The notes: generated by a model not told the origin, from the sequence alone. A stretch of 64,000 bases of DNA from Eledone cirrhosa (GCA_964016885.1 CAXHJY010000519.1:62001-126000), one strand, 5' to 3'; shown: positions 13,270 to 26,967, counted from the first letter of the stretch. Numbers and translations: made by a program.

Positions 13270-13641
13270 GTGTTGGGAGTTACACTGTCTTACCTGTAAC
13301 TAGGGTGAAAATTGGAAGTGTTGGGAGTTACACTGTCTTACTTGTAACCGGGGTCAAAATTGGAAGTGTTGGGAGTTACACTGTCTTACTTGTAACCGGG
13401 GTCAAAATTGGAACTGTTGGGAGTTACTCTGGTCTTACTGTAACTGGGGTCAAAATTGGAAGTGTTGGGAGTTACACTGGTCTTGCTGTAACTGGGGTCA
13501 AAATTGGAAGTGTTGGGAGTTACACTGGTCTTGCTGTAACTGGGGTCAAAATTGGAAGTGTTGGGAGTTACACTGGTCTTACTTGTAACTGGGGTCAAAA
13601 TTGAAAGTGTTGGGTGTCACACAGATCTTATCTTTAACTGG
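13270..13641. repeat. 48-bp minisatellite (about 7 units)
   Basis: Unit gtgttgggagttacactggtcttgctgtaactggggtcaaaattggaa. Confidence 0.93.
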
Positions 13642-14126
13642 GAGTCAAGCCTCACACTAGAATAATATACTTTTGTCTCATCAAGTACATACACTAATAC
13701 AATGCATTATATATGTAACCCCTAACTGAGACCTTCACCTCCAAAGTCTGGCCCTGTTAGCAATAACCTGAAGAAATGTTTTTCTTGTCCTTAGTTCCTT
13801 CCATAAATGTCATCATTGTTCACAGTACTTGCACCAACTTCCATAATTGTAAACAGAACCAGCTGCAAATGAGTTGGTATTGTCAGACAGAAGTGGAAAA
13901 TATATCTGGGAGATATGGTGTTCAATTCCTCATAGTGACCTATGGCAACTTCTTTTTCAGTCTTTTTAGGATCTTCACCCTATTTTATAAGCTATTTTAT
14001 AGCATCTATGCACTTGAGCACATCATTCTTTATACTTATATACAATCATTATCCTCATTATCACCATTTAACGTCCATTTCTCCACTTTAACATGGGTTA
14101 AACATATATATATATATATATATATA

Positions 14127-14551
14127 TGGGCGGCAACTGCAGAGGATATGCGACGGCTGGAGAGAAATGAAGCAAGTATGCTCCATTGGATGTGCAATGT
14201 CAATGTGCGTGAACGACCAAGCATGGATGAGTTGAGAAAGAAACTGGGTATAAGAGGGATAAGTTGTGGTGTGCAGGAGAGAAGGCTGAGATGGTATGGA
14301 CATGTGATGCGCATGGAGGATGACCGCTGGGTAAAGAAGTGCCAAGAAATCTCAGTAGAAGGAAGACGCAGTAGAGGTAGACCGCGTAAAACATGGGCGG
14401 AGGTGGTGAGAGCAGACCTCAGATTGCTGAAACTCACCGAGGAGATGACGAAGGACCGTGACAAGTGGAGAGATGCTGTGCTGAATAAGACCCATCCAAC
14501 CCTTGCAAGCAGGGAAAAGCGGACGTAAAATGATGATGATGATGATGATGA
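14127..14551 (+). mobile_element. 5'-truncated RTE LINE 3' end
   Basis: Encodes WAATAEDMRRLERNE...RRLRWYGHVMRM...GRPRKTW; (GAT)n tail; starts at (TA)n. Confidence 0.92.
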
Positions 14552-15124
14552 TACCCAGTGATCAAAAGTCTGATAATTCAGTTTACGTACATTGTTTACA
14601 AGAATAGTATTTTTCTTTTTTTGGAAGGTTTATTTGTTTGCATTTGTTGTTATGTATTTTTTTGTTATTGTAGTATTCGAATTACATGATTGTGGATTAG
14701 TTAATCCGTTTAATAGGATTAAGAGGTTAGTGTTAATATTAATGTTATAACTGAGATGAGAAGGGGAATTCTGCTTTAACTGTGTCATAGAAAGGTTGTA
14801 CCTGTGTAATCAGAGTACATTAGCATTATGCTGAATGACATATCGAAAATGAAGGTAGTTACTGCTGAAATACCAGCTGGTAACGAGAACATGGATTAAC
14901 TGGGGCACAACCAGGGATTTGTAACTTGGCATATGAAGAGTTAAATGCATGCATACATATCAGCGATCGACTTAAAATACTTATAGCGTGGTTCTATTGA
15001 AATCTCCAAGTAGATAACCAATAGGAAGAGGTTTCATGCAGGCTGGCCAGTCATATTTAGAAATGTGCTGAGCAGATCATCAACATCTGGTTGAACTTGC
15101 CTGGACATTCATGAGTTTAGCACA

Positions 15125-15263
15125 CCATCCATCACGATCACGCAAAAGTGTTGGGAGGTCGTTAGGTGAGCATTCTGTGTCTCTACATAGTTGGTCAATG
15201 TAAGTTAAAGCCAGTCAGCCAACCTTCCTCTGACCGCAGCTAGGTGCCCAAAGCAAAAGATCA
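15125..15263 (-). pseudogene. Old RTE-like LINE C-terminal remnant
   Basis: Translates DLLLWAPSCGQRKVG*LALTYIDQLCRDT...DRDGW; interrupted by a TTAA MITE. Confidence 0.55.
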
Positions 15264-15267
15264 TTAA

Positions 15268-15717
15268 CCCTTTAGCAATTAAACCGGCCGTATCCGGCCA
15301 GAATGCTTTCACCTTTTTCTGTTCAAACCGGCTGGAACCGGCTGCTCATACTGATGTTACGGTATTGTTCTCAAAGTAAAGAATATCAAAATGTTATACA
15401 TCCGATAATGTGTGAGATAATTATGTGAGGTAATGTGTTTACCACGAAAATATAATAGTAAACATAGAGTAATCATCATCATCATCACCATCATTTTACG
15501 TCTGCTTTGCCCTGCTTGCTAGGGTGGGACGGGAACTGATTCTGGCTTGATTTCTACAGCTGGATGCCCTTCCTAACACCAACCTCATTTAAGTGAATGC
15601 TGGGTGCTTTTTTTGCCGTGGCACCTCCACGACCACTTTGCAGTGGAATGATATGGACCCCAGTCCTATCATCTCATTTCTACAGCTGAGTAAATGAGTA
15701 ATGTAAATGCTAAAGGG
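15268..15717. mobile_element. piggyBac-like TTAA MITE with nested SINE A (15473-15693)
   Basis: TTAA-CCCTTTAGCA...TGCTAAAGGG-TTAA. Confidence 0.85.
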
Positions 15718-16011
15718 TTAACAAGTTTTTGCTTTGCCTACAAAATTGCTGATTTATCAGGGATACTATCTCTTGGAAAGTAGCCAACACCTGCATTATT
15801 TTAATGGTATATACACTCCCTGACTACTCTGAATTCTCCCTAGAAATATACTATCAGATTCGAGCATATGTTGCATCAATTTTTTTTAAAGGCAAAGGCT
15901 TCACTGATGAGGAGATCCATCTACTGCTGAAACTCACACCAGTAATACTGTGTATTTTAGCTAATTTTCTAAGCTATTATTTAAAACTATCAATGGTGGG
16001 TTGGCAGTATA

Positions 16012-16202
16012 GGGCGGTGGATTGGCAGTATCGGTAGAGTGTCGCACGCCATGCTTTCCAGCATAGTTACGTCCCTTTACGATCTGAGTTCAAATCCCGC
16101 CGAGGTTGACTTTGCCTTTCATCCTTACGGGGTCGATAAAATAAAGTACCAGTAATGCACTGGGTAATTGCTGGCCTTGTGCCTAAAGTAGAAACAATTA
16201 TT
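16012..16202 (+). mobile_element. SINE family C
   Basis: Full copy, nearly identical to 18431-18620. Confidence 0.9.
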
Positions 16203-16516
16203 TAAAACTATCAACTGTTATTACTATATACCTAATACTAAATTATCCAATCTACCTTTCATTTTTGAGTAGTTTGATGGAAATTTAGCTGCTATGAAAA
16301 GCAGGTCAATCACCAAGAATAGCTGCTTCTCTCATTGGCTCAATATATTATATATTTGTCGCAATGGTGCAGTACTTTACGTTAATCTCTCTCTATCTAC
16401 AACATCTAATTTACACAAAACCTTTGTTCCATTTCTCACCTCATCAATATCTTCTCTTCACCTCTACCACCACAACTGCCTGCATTCATTGCTCTTTAGA
16501 AACAAAGAAAGAAGGC

Positions 16517-16548
<32 letters not shown>

Positions 16549-16800
16549 AGGCCAATCGAAGAGAGAGAGAGGGTAAAGTATCAATAGTATGTCAATAACT
16601 CTAATCTGTTAAATGACCAAATAAATCCACATTTAACGTGTCGTTCAAGCTTTAGCTGAAGGCCTAAATATAGGTGGAAGATCAGTTGTTCACCACATAC
16701 AGACATACACATACACATAGGTGGAATAGACATGTATATATACATACACATGTACATAGATACACACACACACATATATATATACTTAAATATGTATATA

Positions 16801-16853
<53 letters not shown>

Positions 16854-16930
16854 TTATATATACCTATAAATATATATATATGCACACACATGTACATGAT
16901 GATGATGATTTAATTATGCGCAATCACAGG

Positions 16931-16968
<38 letters not shown>

Positions 16969-17019
16969 GAATATGGACGTTAAACGATGATGATGATGAT
17001 ATATATATATATATATATA

Positions 17020-17433
17020 TACCGCCTTGCCTATGTATAAAGCGAAACCTACAGTCAGTAGGCACCTCTTAACCAAATATACACCCCAATCCACTACCCC
17101 TACCCTATCCTCCCACTCCCACCAACACCACCCTCTCTCTGTAAAGTTGGTACCACAACATCCAGTCCAAATAAATGAGATCGAGATCGTGTAGGTGTCA
17201 CGAGAAAAAAAACACAGTCCACGCTGTAAGGTGGTCGTGTAGGTAACACGGTAAAAAGTTCCCAGTTCCACACTGTAAATGTGGTTGGTGTTAGGAAGGC
17301 CATTCAGCCGTAGAAAACCTGCCAGATAGTCCTATATGAGAGAGACACGGTCACCCGACGAAACCTTGCCTCAAGTGGCACAACTCCTGTCTAACCCATG
17401 CTAGCGTGGAAGATGGACGTTAAACGAAGATGA

Positions 17434-17435
<2 letters not shown>
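17020..17435 (+). mobile_element. RTE-tailed retroposon or 3'UTR fragment (family B)
   Basis: Ends ctaacccatgctagcgtggaagatggacgttaaacg(ATG)n, like the 3' end of the full-length RTE; TA-flanked. Confidence 0.78.
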
Positions 17436-17464
<29 letters not shown>

Positions 17465-17694
17465 CTCAAACATGGATATGTGTTATTAGATAAAGTCAGT
17501 GATATGGGGCAGTTGAGAATTATTCACCAAAACTATGGCTGAACATCTGGTTAAAGGTTAACCAGAACTCAAATTGGACAAATAAATCCACCAGTCTACA
17601 CACACACACATACATATACATGCAATCACACACACATGCATGACATAAGAATACAAACACACAATCTTGTATACATATAAACATTCATGCATAT

Positions 17695-17870
17695 ACAAGG
17701 GTAGGCTGACCAAGATACTCTCATGGAATGACCAAATGGTGTTTATTTTTCAATATAATCCCTGGAAAGAAACAATGCGGTTATAAATAAAAAGAGTTGA
17801 CAATAATGCATGCAAGATTTCACAGCTCTAGCATCATTCCTTCATAGTCAACCTATGAATCTCTCAGCCG
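17695..17870. mobile_element. Degenerate mariner-like remnant
   Basis: tacaagggtaggctgaccaagatactctcatggaatgaccaa, with a reverse-complement relative at 25375-25419. Confidence 0.4.
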
Positions 17871-18069
17871 AGAAAAACCACAAACCCTCCATCTCAATTC
17901 TACTTTTGAAAAGTTATTTTAATAAATATTTGCTCTATGGGATTTATATATATTTATATATATATTATGCTTATTGAGCTCTCTTCGAATTTTAGACTTT
18001 GTGTGTGTGTGTGTGTGTATTTATGTATACACACACATGTGTATGTGTGTGTCTGTGTATGTATATATG

Positions 18070-18420
18070 TTGCCAACAACAACCCTGAGTATCTTTTTAA
18101 TTTCCATGTGTCTAACACACGTGGACATGCCCACAAAGTCAGAAAACAGTACAGCTCCCATGACTTTCGGAAACATTTTTTCACGCTCAGAGTTGCTGAA
18201 GCATGGAACAAACTACCTGCATCAGTTGTTAGCTGTCGAGACACTGCATCCTTTAAGGCCTCCATGCTTCCCGAGATCCGCCAACACTACAGCTAACACA
18301 TACACACATGTACTTCCCTGACATTTGTGTATTATTCTATGTACTATACATACACCTTTGATGAGTTGTAGTGCACCTGAGCACTTTACACAATAATTTC
18401 ATTATTATTATTATTATTAT
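18070..18420 (+). mobile_element. CR1-clade LINE 3' end
   Basis: Encodes NTRGHAHKV...RKHFFTLRVAEAWNKLPASVV...SFK; (ATT)n tail; the same terminus occurs at 6795-6840. Confidence 0.85.
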
Positions 18421-18430
18421 ATATATATAT

Positions 18431-18620
18431 GGCGGTGGATTGGCAGTATCGGTAGAGGGTCGAACGCCATGCTTTCCAGCATAGTTACGTCCCTTTACGA
18501 TCTGAGTTCAAATCCCGCCGAGGTTGACTTTGCCTTTCATCCTTACGGGGTCGATAAAATAAAGTACCAGTAATGCACTGGGTAATTGCTGGCCTTGTGC
18601 CTAAAGTAGAAACAATTATT
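18431..18620 (+). mobile_element. SINE family C inserted in (TA)n
   Basis: Full copy with TA repeats on both sides. Confidence 0.9.
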
Positions 18621-18696
18621 ATATATATATATATATATATATATAATCATCATCATCACTGTTTAGCGTCCATTTTCCATGCTTGCATGGGTTAGA

Positions 18697-18729
<33 letters not shown>

Positions 18730-19339
18730 TTAGACATGCATACAACCATACATATAATTTAACATACAAACATGTACATATAATTTAACATATATAATAT
18801 ATAAACAAGATGAAAGAGGAATACGCTGCAATGCGCAAATATTTAGCTGCAAGGTTTGTTTATCTGTTCGTGTTTCTCATGGAGAAGATTTTAGTCAGCA
18901 ACTAATTGGAGATAGTTTAGAAAACGAAGATGCGAAAATTGGCAAGCTGAATGACTATCTAGTTTATATTAGAGATGACAGGGAAATAGGCGAGTTGTAG
19001 TTAATGGGGCTGGTGAAAACGATGTAAAGATTTGTAAATGGACAGAAAATATATGGTAAAAATTACTGATAAGACAGGCTAAATGAAACGCTAATGATTT
19101 TTGTATATTTTTTAATATTATCTATCTTCCTTTCACTAGGCATAAGGCCAAATTTGTGTGAGGCTTGTTGTTATCGTTGATTGACTCAACCTTAACGTAT
19201 GAATTAATGAATGAAGGAAATATAGAGAAAGAGATGAAATAAATGATAATTAAAATATAAAATAAAATAAGAAATATAAAAATAAAAAAAAAATTATTTT
19301 TGTTATTATTGTTGTTGTTGCTTGTTCTGTGGCGTCTGC

Positions 19340-19370
<31 letters not shown>

Positions 19371-19546
19371 TGTTCACCCTACGTCCCCTTTATTTACGTG
19401 TCCCAACGACTTTTTTTAGCCATTGTTCGCACCAACCTGAGGTATATGGCCCTTAAAGCGATGAAATGCCTGGGACGGTTGGAGGGTCACTGATGAAGGA
19501 CTTACTTTTTCATATGTACCCCATTTGCAACGCGCAGCTCATTATT

Positions 19547-19549
<3 letters not shown>

Positions 19550-19605
<56 letters not shown>

Positions 19606-19888
19606 ATATATATATATATGTATATATATCTATATATATGTATATATTTATATATATGTATATATTTATATATATGTATATATATGTATATATATGTATA
19701 TGTATATATATGTATATATATATATATGTATATGTATATATATATGTATATATATATGTATATATATATATGTATATATATATATGTATATGTATATATA
19801 TATATGTATATATATATATGTATATGTATATATATATATATGTATATATATATATGTATATATATATATGTATATATATATGTATATA

Positions 19889-19955
<67 letters not shown>

Positions 19956-19986
19956 GTATATATATATATATGTATATATATATATG

Positions 19987-20041
<55 letters not shown>

Positions 20042-20137
20042 GTATATATATATATGTATATATATATGTGTATATATATATATGTATATATATATATGTA
20101 TATATATATATATGTATATATATATATGTATATATAT
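19550..20137. repeat. (TA)n/(TATG) microsatellite
   Basis: Direct reading. Confidence 0.97.
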
Positions 20138-23100
20138 CATCATCATCATCATCATCACCGTTTTACGTCCGTTCTTCCACGCTAGCATGGGTTAGACGGG
20201 TTGTCCTGTTGTGGGCAGTGTCTGGTCGGCTGACCATGCCTTGCTCATACAGGAACTGATCTGGCTTGATTTCTACAGCTGGATGCCCTTCTGTGGGCAG
20301 TGTCTGGTCGGCTGACCATGCCTTGCTCATACAGGAACTGATCTGGCTTGATTTCTACAGCTGGATGCCCTTCCTAACACCAACCTCATTTACAGTGAGT
20401 GCTGGGTGCTTTTTCGTGGCGCCTACACGTCCACTTTACAGTGTGGGCTGGGTGCTTTTTTGCCGTGGCACCTCCACGACCACCTTGCGGTGGGGGGGGG
20501 GGGGGGCATATTGTTTATATGCTTCAGCATGTACCCATGGGAGGTCGGGTACCCTGTATTACTGCGTGACGCCAGAAGTCACGATCGTGTGTCATTGACT
20601 TTGAGAGGTGTAGTTGGGTAAGGTCGGCTTTTATCACCTCATCCCAAGTCATCTTGGGTCTCCCCACTCCGCGGTTTCCATCAACTTCTAGTGCTCTGCA
20701 CCTTTTTATGCAGCTGTCATCCTTCATACGCATCACATGTCCATACCAGCGTAACCGCCTCTCCTGCACGCAGCATTTGATTCCTCTTATGCTCAGTCTC
20801 TCTCTCAATTCATTTATGCTTTGTCGTTCACGTATATTACTGTTACACATCCATCGGAGCATGCAGGCTTCGTTTCTCTCTAATCTACGTAAGTCTTCCA
20901 CCTTCAGCGCCCAGGTCTCACTACCATGCAACATCGCTGTTCGGATACACGCATCATACAGTCTGCCTTTCATTCTGAGGGAGAAGCCTTTTGCAGCTAG
21001 CAGTGGTAGTAGTTCCCTAAACTTCTTCCATCCCGTTCTTACCCTAGTTATTGTACTTTCTGAGCACCCACCTCCGTTGCTAATTCGGTCACCTAGGTAG
21101 CAGAAGCTGTCTACTGTTTCTACAGGGCCCTCCCAGAGATTGGTGGTACTTGTTTCCTGTGGCTGTTTGCTTGCTGTTTCAGCACAGCTGCTGCATGTGA
21201 ATCCTACATTCTTAATTAAGCTTCCTGAGATCCCGCTACATCTCTTGTGTACCCATTGTTTGCATTTGGGGCAAAGAATGGAGTTCCTACCTACACCTTT
21301 CCTACATACTGAGCAAGGCCATTTCCCTGAGGGGATCTGGGTTCTGTTTTCTCGTCTACTTATAAGGACCTTAGTCTTTGTCATGTTGACTTTGAGGCCC
21401 TTTCTCTCTAGTCCCTGCTTCCAGGTTTGGAATTTATTCTCTAGTTCTACCATAGATTCAGCTATGAGTGCGAGGTCATCAGCATACAGGAGTTCCCATG
21501 GGCATCCGGTCTTAAACTCCTCCGTTATTGCCTGCAGGACTATGATGAACAGGAGAGGGCTAAGAACAGAGCCCTGGTGGACCTCAACCTGTACGCTAAA
21601 TTCCTCGCTATACTCATTGCCAATCCTAACTTTGCTGACTGCTCCCCTATACATGGCTTGTACCGCTTTCACAAGCCATTCATCTACTCCTAGTTTTCTA
21701 AGAGCCCACCAGATTACTGCACGTGGAACTCTGTCAAAGGCTTTCTCAAGGTCGACAAATGCCAAGTAGAGTGGCTTACTTTTAGCTAGGTACTTTTCCT
21801 GTAATTGCCTCACAAGGAAGAGCGCATCAGTGTTGCCTTTCCCTGGTACAAACCCAAATTGCATCTCGTCTATATTCACCCGGTCCCTAATCAGCTGTGC
21901 TATAACTCTTTCTGTTACTTTCATGACCTGGTCCATCAACTTTATACCTCTATAGTTTCCTCTATCTAGTGCATCGCCTTTACCTTTGTAGCAGTTGACA
22001 ATGATGCTACTGCACCAATCTTTTGGTATGGCCCCCTCTAGTATTACCTGGTTAACGATACGTGTGGTTATAGTGTGACCTACAGACCCAGATGCCTTCA
22101 GCATCTCGGCAGCTATACCCGATGGACCGGTTGCCTTCCCTATCTTCATATCTCTGATTGCCTTACTTACTACGCTGCCGCTGACTTGTACTGCTGGTCC
22201 CTCTATAGGGTCTACGTGGGGTAGGGTCTCTTCTTCCCATGCATTCTCCTCATTTAGTAATCTATCATAATGACTCTTCCATGCATCTTTCTTCTCAGCA
22301 CTTGTGAGGGCAAGCTCACCTTTATCATTCCGGATACACTTCTCTCCAATGACATCACAACTATCTCTGACACACTGCCTCGCAATCTTGAATACCTCCT
22401 GTTTCTGGTCCTCACGTTGTAAAACATGCTTGAATTTTCTATCCTCTGCTTCCCTCCTAGCTAAGTATACTTGTCGCCTAGCTTCCCTCTTGGTCTCTAT
22501 GTAATGTACCCTGCTCCCCCCGTTCTTCCATTCTTTCCATGCCTGTCTCTTGGCCTTGACTGCTTCATCTACCTTATTGTTCCACCACCAAGTCACTCTC
22601 CTCCTGCTTGAGGTCTTACTCCAGCCACAAACCTCATCCGTCGCCTCTAGTAAGTTATTTTTTAGGAACTCCCAGTTCTCTTCTACGTTAAATGTCTCTA
22701 TCTGTTCTTCTTTACTGTCGTAGGCGTTGAGTAAAATATCTTTAAATCTGTTACTGGTTGAGGGGACTTTCAGCTTCTAGATCTTTCTTATCCAGGTTGG
22801 CCTCTGTTTCAGGGCTCGTCTAGTTCTGACCGTGAGGTCGCTGACAACTAAGCTATGTTGGGATGTACATTCCTCACTAGGGAAGGCTTTTGTGTTTACG
22901 ACCGTCCATCTGTCACGTCCTCTGATGAGGATAAAATCTAACTGACTAGAGTGCTCCCCTGATCTATAGGTGATCAGGTGGTTGTCGGGTTTTTTAAAGT
23001 TTGTGTTACATATCGACATGTCATTGGCGTCGCAGAATTCTAGAAGTCTGAATCCTTCCTCATTCCTTGTGCCAACTCCATGGCCTCCATGTACTCTATT

Positions 23101-23624
23101 GAAGCCGTCGCAGTGTTTACCTACGTGTCCGTTAAAATCTCCTGCAATGATTAGGAAGTCCTTGTCGTCTGTTAGAGCAGTAGTGTGTATTAGGGACTCG
23201 TAAAACCTATCCTTAAGTTCGTCTGGCAGCCCCGATTGGGGTGCGTAAGCTGATATTATTGTGGTAATTGTCTTATTCAGGACTAGTCTGAGTTTAATGA
23301 TTCTTGCATTTACCCTGTACACTGAGATTACTTTATCTACCCACTTGTCAGCTAATAGTATACCTACACCACCCATCCCATCGTCATTTCCCACCCAGAA
23401 AAATTTGTAGCACTGGCTTTTTCCTACAAGGACTCTAGCAGACCCTCCTCTCCATCTAGTCTCTTGCACACAGCATACATCAACTTCCTTTCGCTCTAGC
23501 ATTTCTACGATTTCTCCTGCTCTTCCTTTCATTGAGCCTACATTGATGGTACCAACTCGGAGTTTTGGGCATTTGTCGACACTCTTAGGGGAGGGTCTCT
23601 GGGTTGGCGCTTCACGTGGGTGCT
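20138..23624 (-). mobile_element. Near full-length RTE-clade non-LTR retrotransposon
   Basis: APE endonuclease plus RT, 3'UTR and (GAT)n tail; flanked by TA arrays on both sides. Confidence 0.95.
20524..23624 (-). pseudogene. RTE ORF (APE endonuclease, RT, Cys-rich PHD-like finger) with one in-frame TAG at 22777-22779
   Basis: Motifs GTINVGS, VQETRW, AYAPQ, GDFNGH, LDFIL, SQH, NYRGIKL, QFGF, FVDLEKAFD, HQGSVLSP, YADD, YLG; the two track ORFs share a frame and the 180 bp between them is open. Confidence 0.93.
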
Positions 23625-23770
23625 ATATATATATGTATATATATATATATGTATATATATATATGTATATATATATGTATATATATATATATGTATATAT
23701 ATATGTATATATATATGTATATATATATATATGTATATATATATGTATATATGTATATATATATATATAT
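23625..23770. repeat. (TA)n/(TATG) microsatellite
   Basis: Direct reading. Confidence 0.97.
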
Positions 23771-23892
23771 GTGTGAAAGCAACTGGTGCGTGTGTTTCTT
23801 ATTGGCAACATGACCCTCCCAAAGTTTAACAATATCGGTTTCAACACACGTTTTCAGATAAAGAATCTTCCTAAACAAATTCAGAAACGAAA
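23771..23892 (+). mobile_element. 3' end of a hammerhead-bearing TA-flanked element
   Basis: Nearly identical to 41711-41831; ends cagaaacgaaa(TA)n. Confidence 0.7.
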
Positions 23893-24284
23893 TATATATA
23901 TATATATATATAATCAGTTCCCGTATGAGCAAGACAAGGTCAGCCGACTGGACACTGCCCACAACAGGACAACCCGTCTAATCCATACTAGCGTGGAAGA
24001 ACGGAGGTAAAACGGTGATGATTATGATAGAGAGAGAGAGAGAGAGAGAGAGAGGGATATATATATATATATATATTTTTTTTTTGTTATGACCATGCTG
24101 TAAAATGGAGAGGTAGAGAGGGCCCATGAGTCCAGTAAGACATCCTCTCTATTGCTGGTGGCACGAATAAAAGCACCCAGTCCATGCTGTAAAGTGGCAC
24201 TGGTGTTAGGAAGGGCATCCAACCAGTGTATCAATGCCAAAACAATTATGAGCACAGCAACAAATAGATAGGAACAACAAAAAT

Positions 24285-25016
24285 ATGAAGACGTCGCATC
24301 TTAGAGTTGCAACACTTAATGTTGGCAATCTCACAGGTAGATCTGGTGAAATAGTGGAGATGCTGGAGAGAAGGCAGGTGGATGTGTGCTGTGTGCAAGA
24401 GGTGAGATAGAGAGGTGCCTTTGTGAGACTAGTCGTAGGCAAACGTCTTAGCTATAAGCTATTCTGGGTAGGTAAGGATGATGGGTTAGGGGGAGTAGCC
24501 ATTTTCCTGGCTGAAAGATGGATCAATAAGACAATAGAGGTAGTTCGAGTTAATAATCGAATAATTAAGCTTAGATTAGTTGTAGGCAGGAGACTACTGA
24601 CAATCATCTGTGCCTATGCTCCCCAAGCAGGCCTAGGCAAAGATGAGAAAGACTGCTTTTACAAGCAATGTTTACAAATAGCCGCAATGGCAGATGACGG
24701 AGACATCCTTATGCTAGCAGGAGACTTCAATGGTCATGTTGGACAACTCCAGGATGGTTACACTGGGGTACATAGTGGGCACGGTTACGGCTCAAGAAAT
24801 GAAGAAGGAGTGAGACTTCTTGAATTTTGTGATGCAAGTACACTGACTATTTGCAACACTAACTTCCAGAAACCTGCCAACCACCTAATAACCCACAAAT
24901 CAGGCGAGCACATAAGCCAGATTGACTTTTTACTAGTTAGGCAGCGGGACAGGCAGATGGTGTCAAATACCAAGGCATACCCTGGGGAAGAATGTACTCC
25001 ACAGTATAGGTTAGTT
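24285..25016 (+). pseudogene. RTE APE endonuclease fragment, 3' truncated
   Basis: MKTSHLRVATLNVG...VQEVR*RG...AYAPQ...GDFNGH...IDFLL; TAG at 24408-24410; ends at a MITE remnant (25018-25138). Confidence 0.9.
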
Positions 25017-25982
25017 CTCATTTATTTTGAGAACAATACCTTAATGTAGGTATGAGCAGCCAGTTACAGCCGGTTTGAACAGAAAGAGGTGAGAGAGTTT
25101 TGGCCGGATAAGGCTGGTTTAAATGCTAAAGGGTTAAACCTTGTGCTGACTCATGCCGGTATTATCTTTGTTCAGCTGTGTTTCAAAGGATTTGAACTCA
25201 GACCATAAAAGGCCGTAACTCTATGCTGCAAAACTCCAGTTCACACAGCATTAACATTTTTAATAAAAGACCGATAATCTTCAAAAAGCTGGTACAATGT
25301 GGTAGAAAAAAATCTTCTTGTTCTTAAGATAACCCTGCCTCATTGAACAAGAACAAGAAGGTTTTTTTCTACCCCATTTTGTCATTCCATGAGAGTATCT
25401 TAGTCAGCCAACTCTTGTAGTCTAAATCTAAATGTTAGTTTGTGGTTAGGTGTGATACATATTGTGTTCTGTGTTATGACAATCTTAACAAGGTATTTAT
25501 CCATTCAATTATTATTAATGTGCATTTGGTTAGTATAGTATGCTACGTGTAGAGATCATGAGTTTTTCTTTCTAAGTTTTGTCTGTTGTATTTGTTGGCG
25601 TAGATTCATAGATTTACAATAAGAATACAAAATAAAACTAGATAGGAGAATATGATAGTTGGTAATACTACTAGCCTAAATAAAATCTACAGGAAAAAAC
25701 AAACGAAAATAAAAACAGAAACATCTCACCGATTAGCTATAGAAAATTTATTGATAGCAAACTGCAGAGCAGAAATCAATACATTTGTACAGCAAGTGTG
25801 GAATAAATTGTGTTAGTAATGATGATATTAACAGTTCAATCCATTAAAGATGACTTTATCAGTAATCACATAAAATCCCATTCTCTATTATATTCAGTGA
25901 AGATGGTTTGGGCAGTGAATACAATGGCTGGAGAGAAATAAAGTGAGCATGCTCCAATGGATGTGCAATATTAATATATGCG

Positions 25983-26535
25983 TGGATTGGCAGTATCGGT
26001 AGAGGGTCTGACGTCATGCTTTCCAGCAAAGAGCTATGGCCCTTTCTGGTTCTGAGTTCAAATCCCGCCGAGGCTAACTTTGCCTTTCATCCTTACAGGG
26101 TCGATAAAATAAAGTACCAGTAATACACTGGGATAATTGCTGGCCTTGTGCCAAAAGTAGAAACAAATATTAAAATATATGTGGATTGGCAGTACTGGGG
26201 GAGCATTGGACTACATGCTATATGGTATAGAGTTACCGCCCTTTACAATCTGAGTTCAAATTCTGCCATGGTTAACTTTGCCTTTCATCCTTACAGGGTC
26301 GATAAAATAAAGTACCAGTAATGCACTGGTGTAATTGCTGGCCTTGTGCCTAAAGTAGAAACAATTATTATTATCATTAACGGTGGTAGATTTGCAGAAT
26401 CTGTAGAGTGTCAGACTACATGCTATATAGTATAGAGTCATGGCCCTTTACGATCTGAGTTCAAATCCTGCCATGGTTAACTTTGCCTTTCATCCGTACA
26501 GGGTCAATAAAATATTGCAGTATTGCACTGGGGTC
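25983..26535 (+). mobile_element. Three tandem SINE C copies
   Basis: Successive head-to-tail copies at about 25983, 26181 and 26382. Confidence 0.8.
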
Positions 26536-26967
26536 AATCATTTTTTAAGGTTTTCTCTGAAATAATTGTTTTTCGTTTTGTTTTGTTTCTGCAATTTTTA
26601 TGCCAGCTTATGCAACAGAAAATCAAGACTTCTGGTGGTATGAAGCATGTGATACGACAAGACAAACAGAACAGATGAACAGACAGACAGATAGATCAGA
26701 GAGCAAAATATAAAGTGTGCCATTGGTGAAAAGGACAGTATTAGCCCTGGGGTGATGGAAATGGCAGCAAGTAGAAGTGACATCAGGAGCAGCAATTATA
26801 AGAAGGGACAAGAGTAGAGTGTAGATGGGGAAGGGTGGGGAGAAAGGAAAAAAAGATAAAAAAATAAAAAGAAAGGTAAAAGGAATGTAGTAGGCCCCAG
26901 GCTATGGTGTCTGTCCAAAATAGAAAGCTAATAAATCATAGCTATGATAAAGGTAAATAAATAAACC

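Noticed and set aside
13305-13604. 16-aa repeat protein (GVKIGSVGSYT...)
   Set aside because: By-product of a 48-bp minisatellite, with no ATG or splice context
13776-14528. 250-aa ORF
   Set aside because: Chance fusion of flank, microsatellite and an RTE 3' fragment
19466-20259. YI/YM-repeat ORFs
   Set aside because: (TA)n microsatellite
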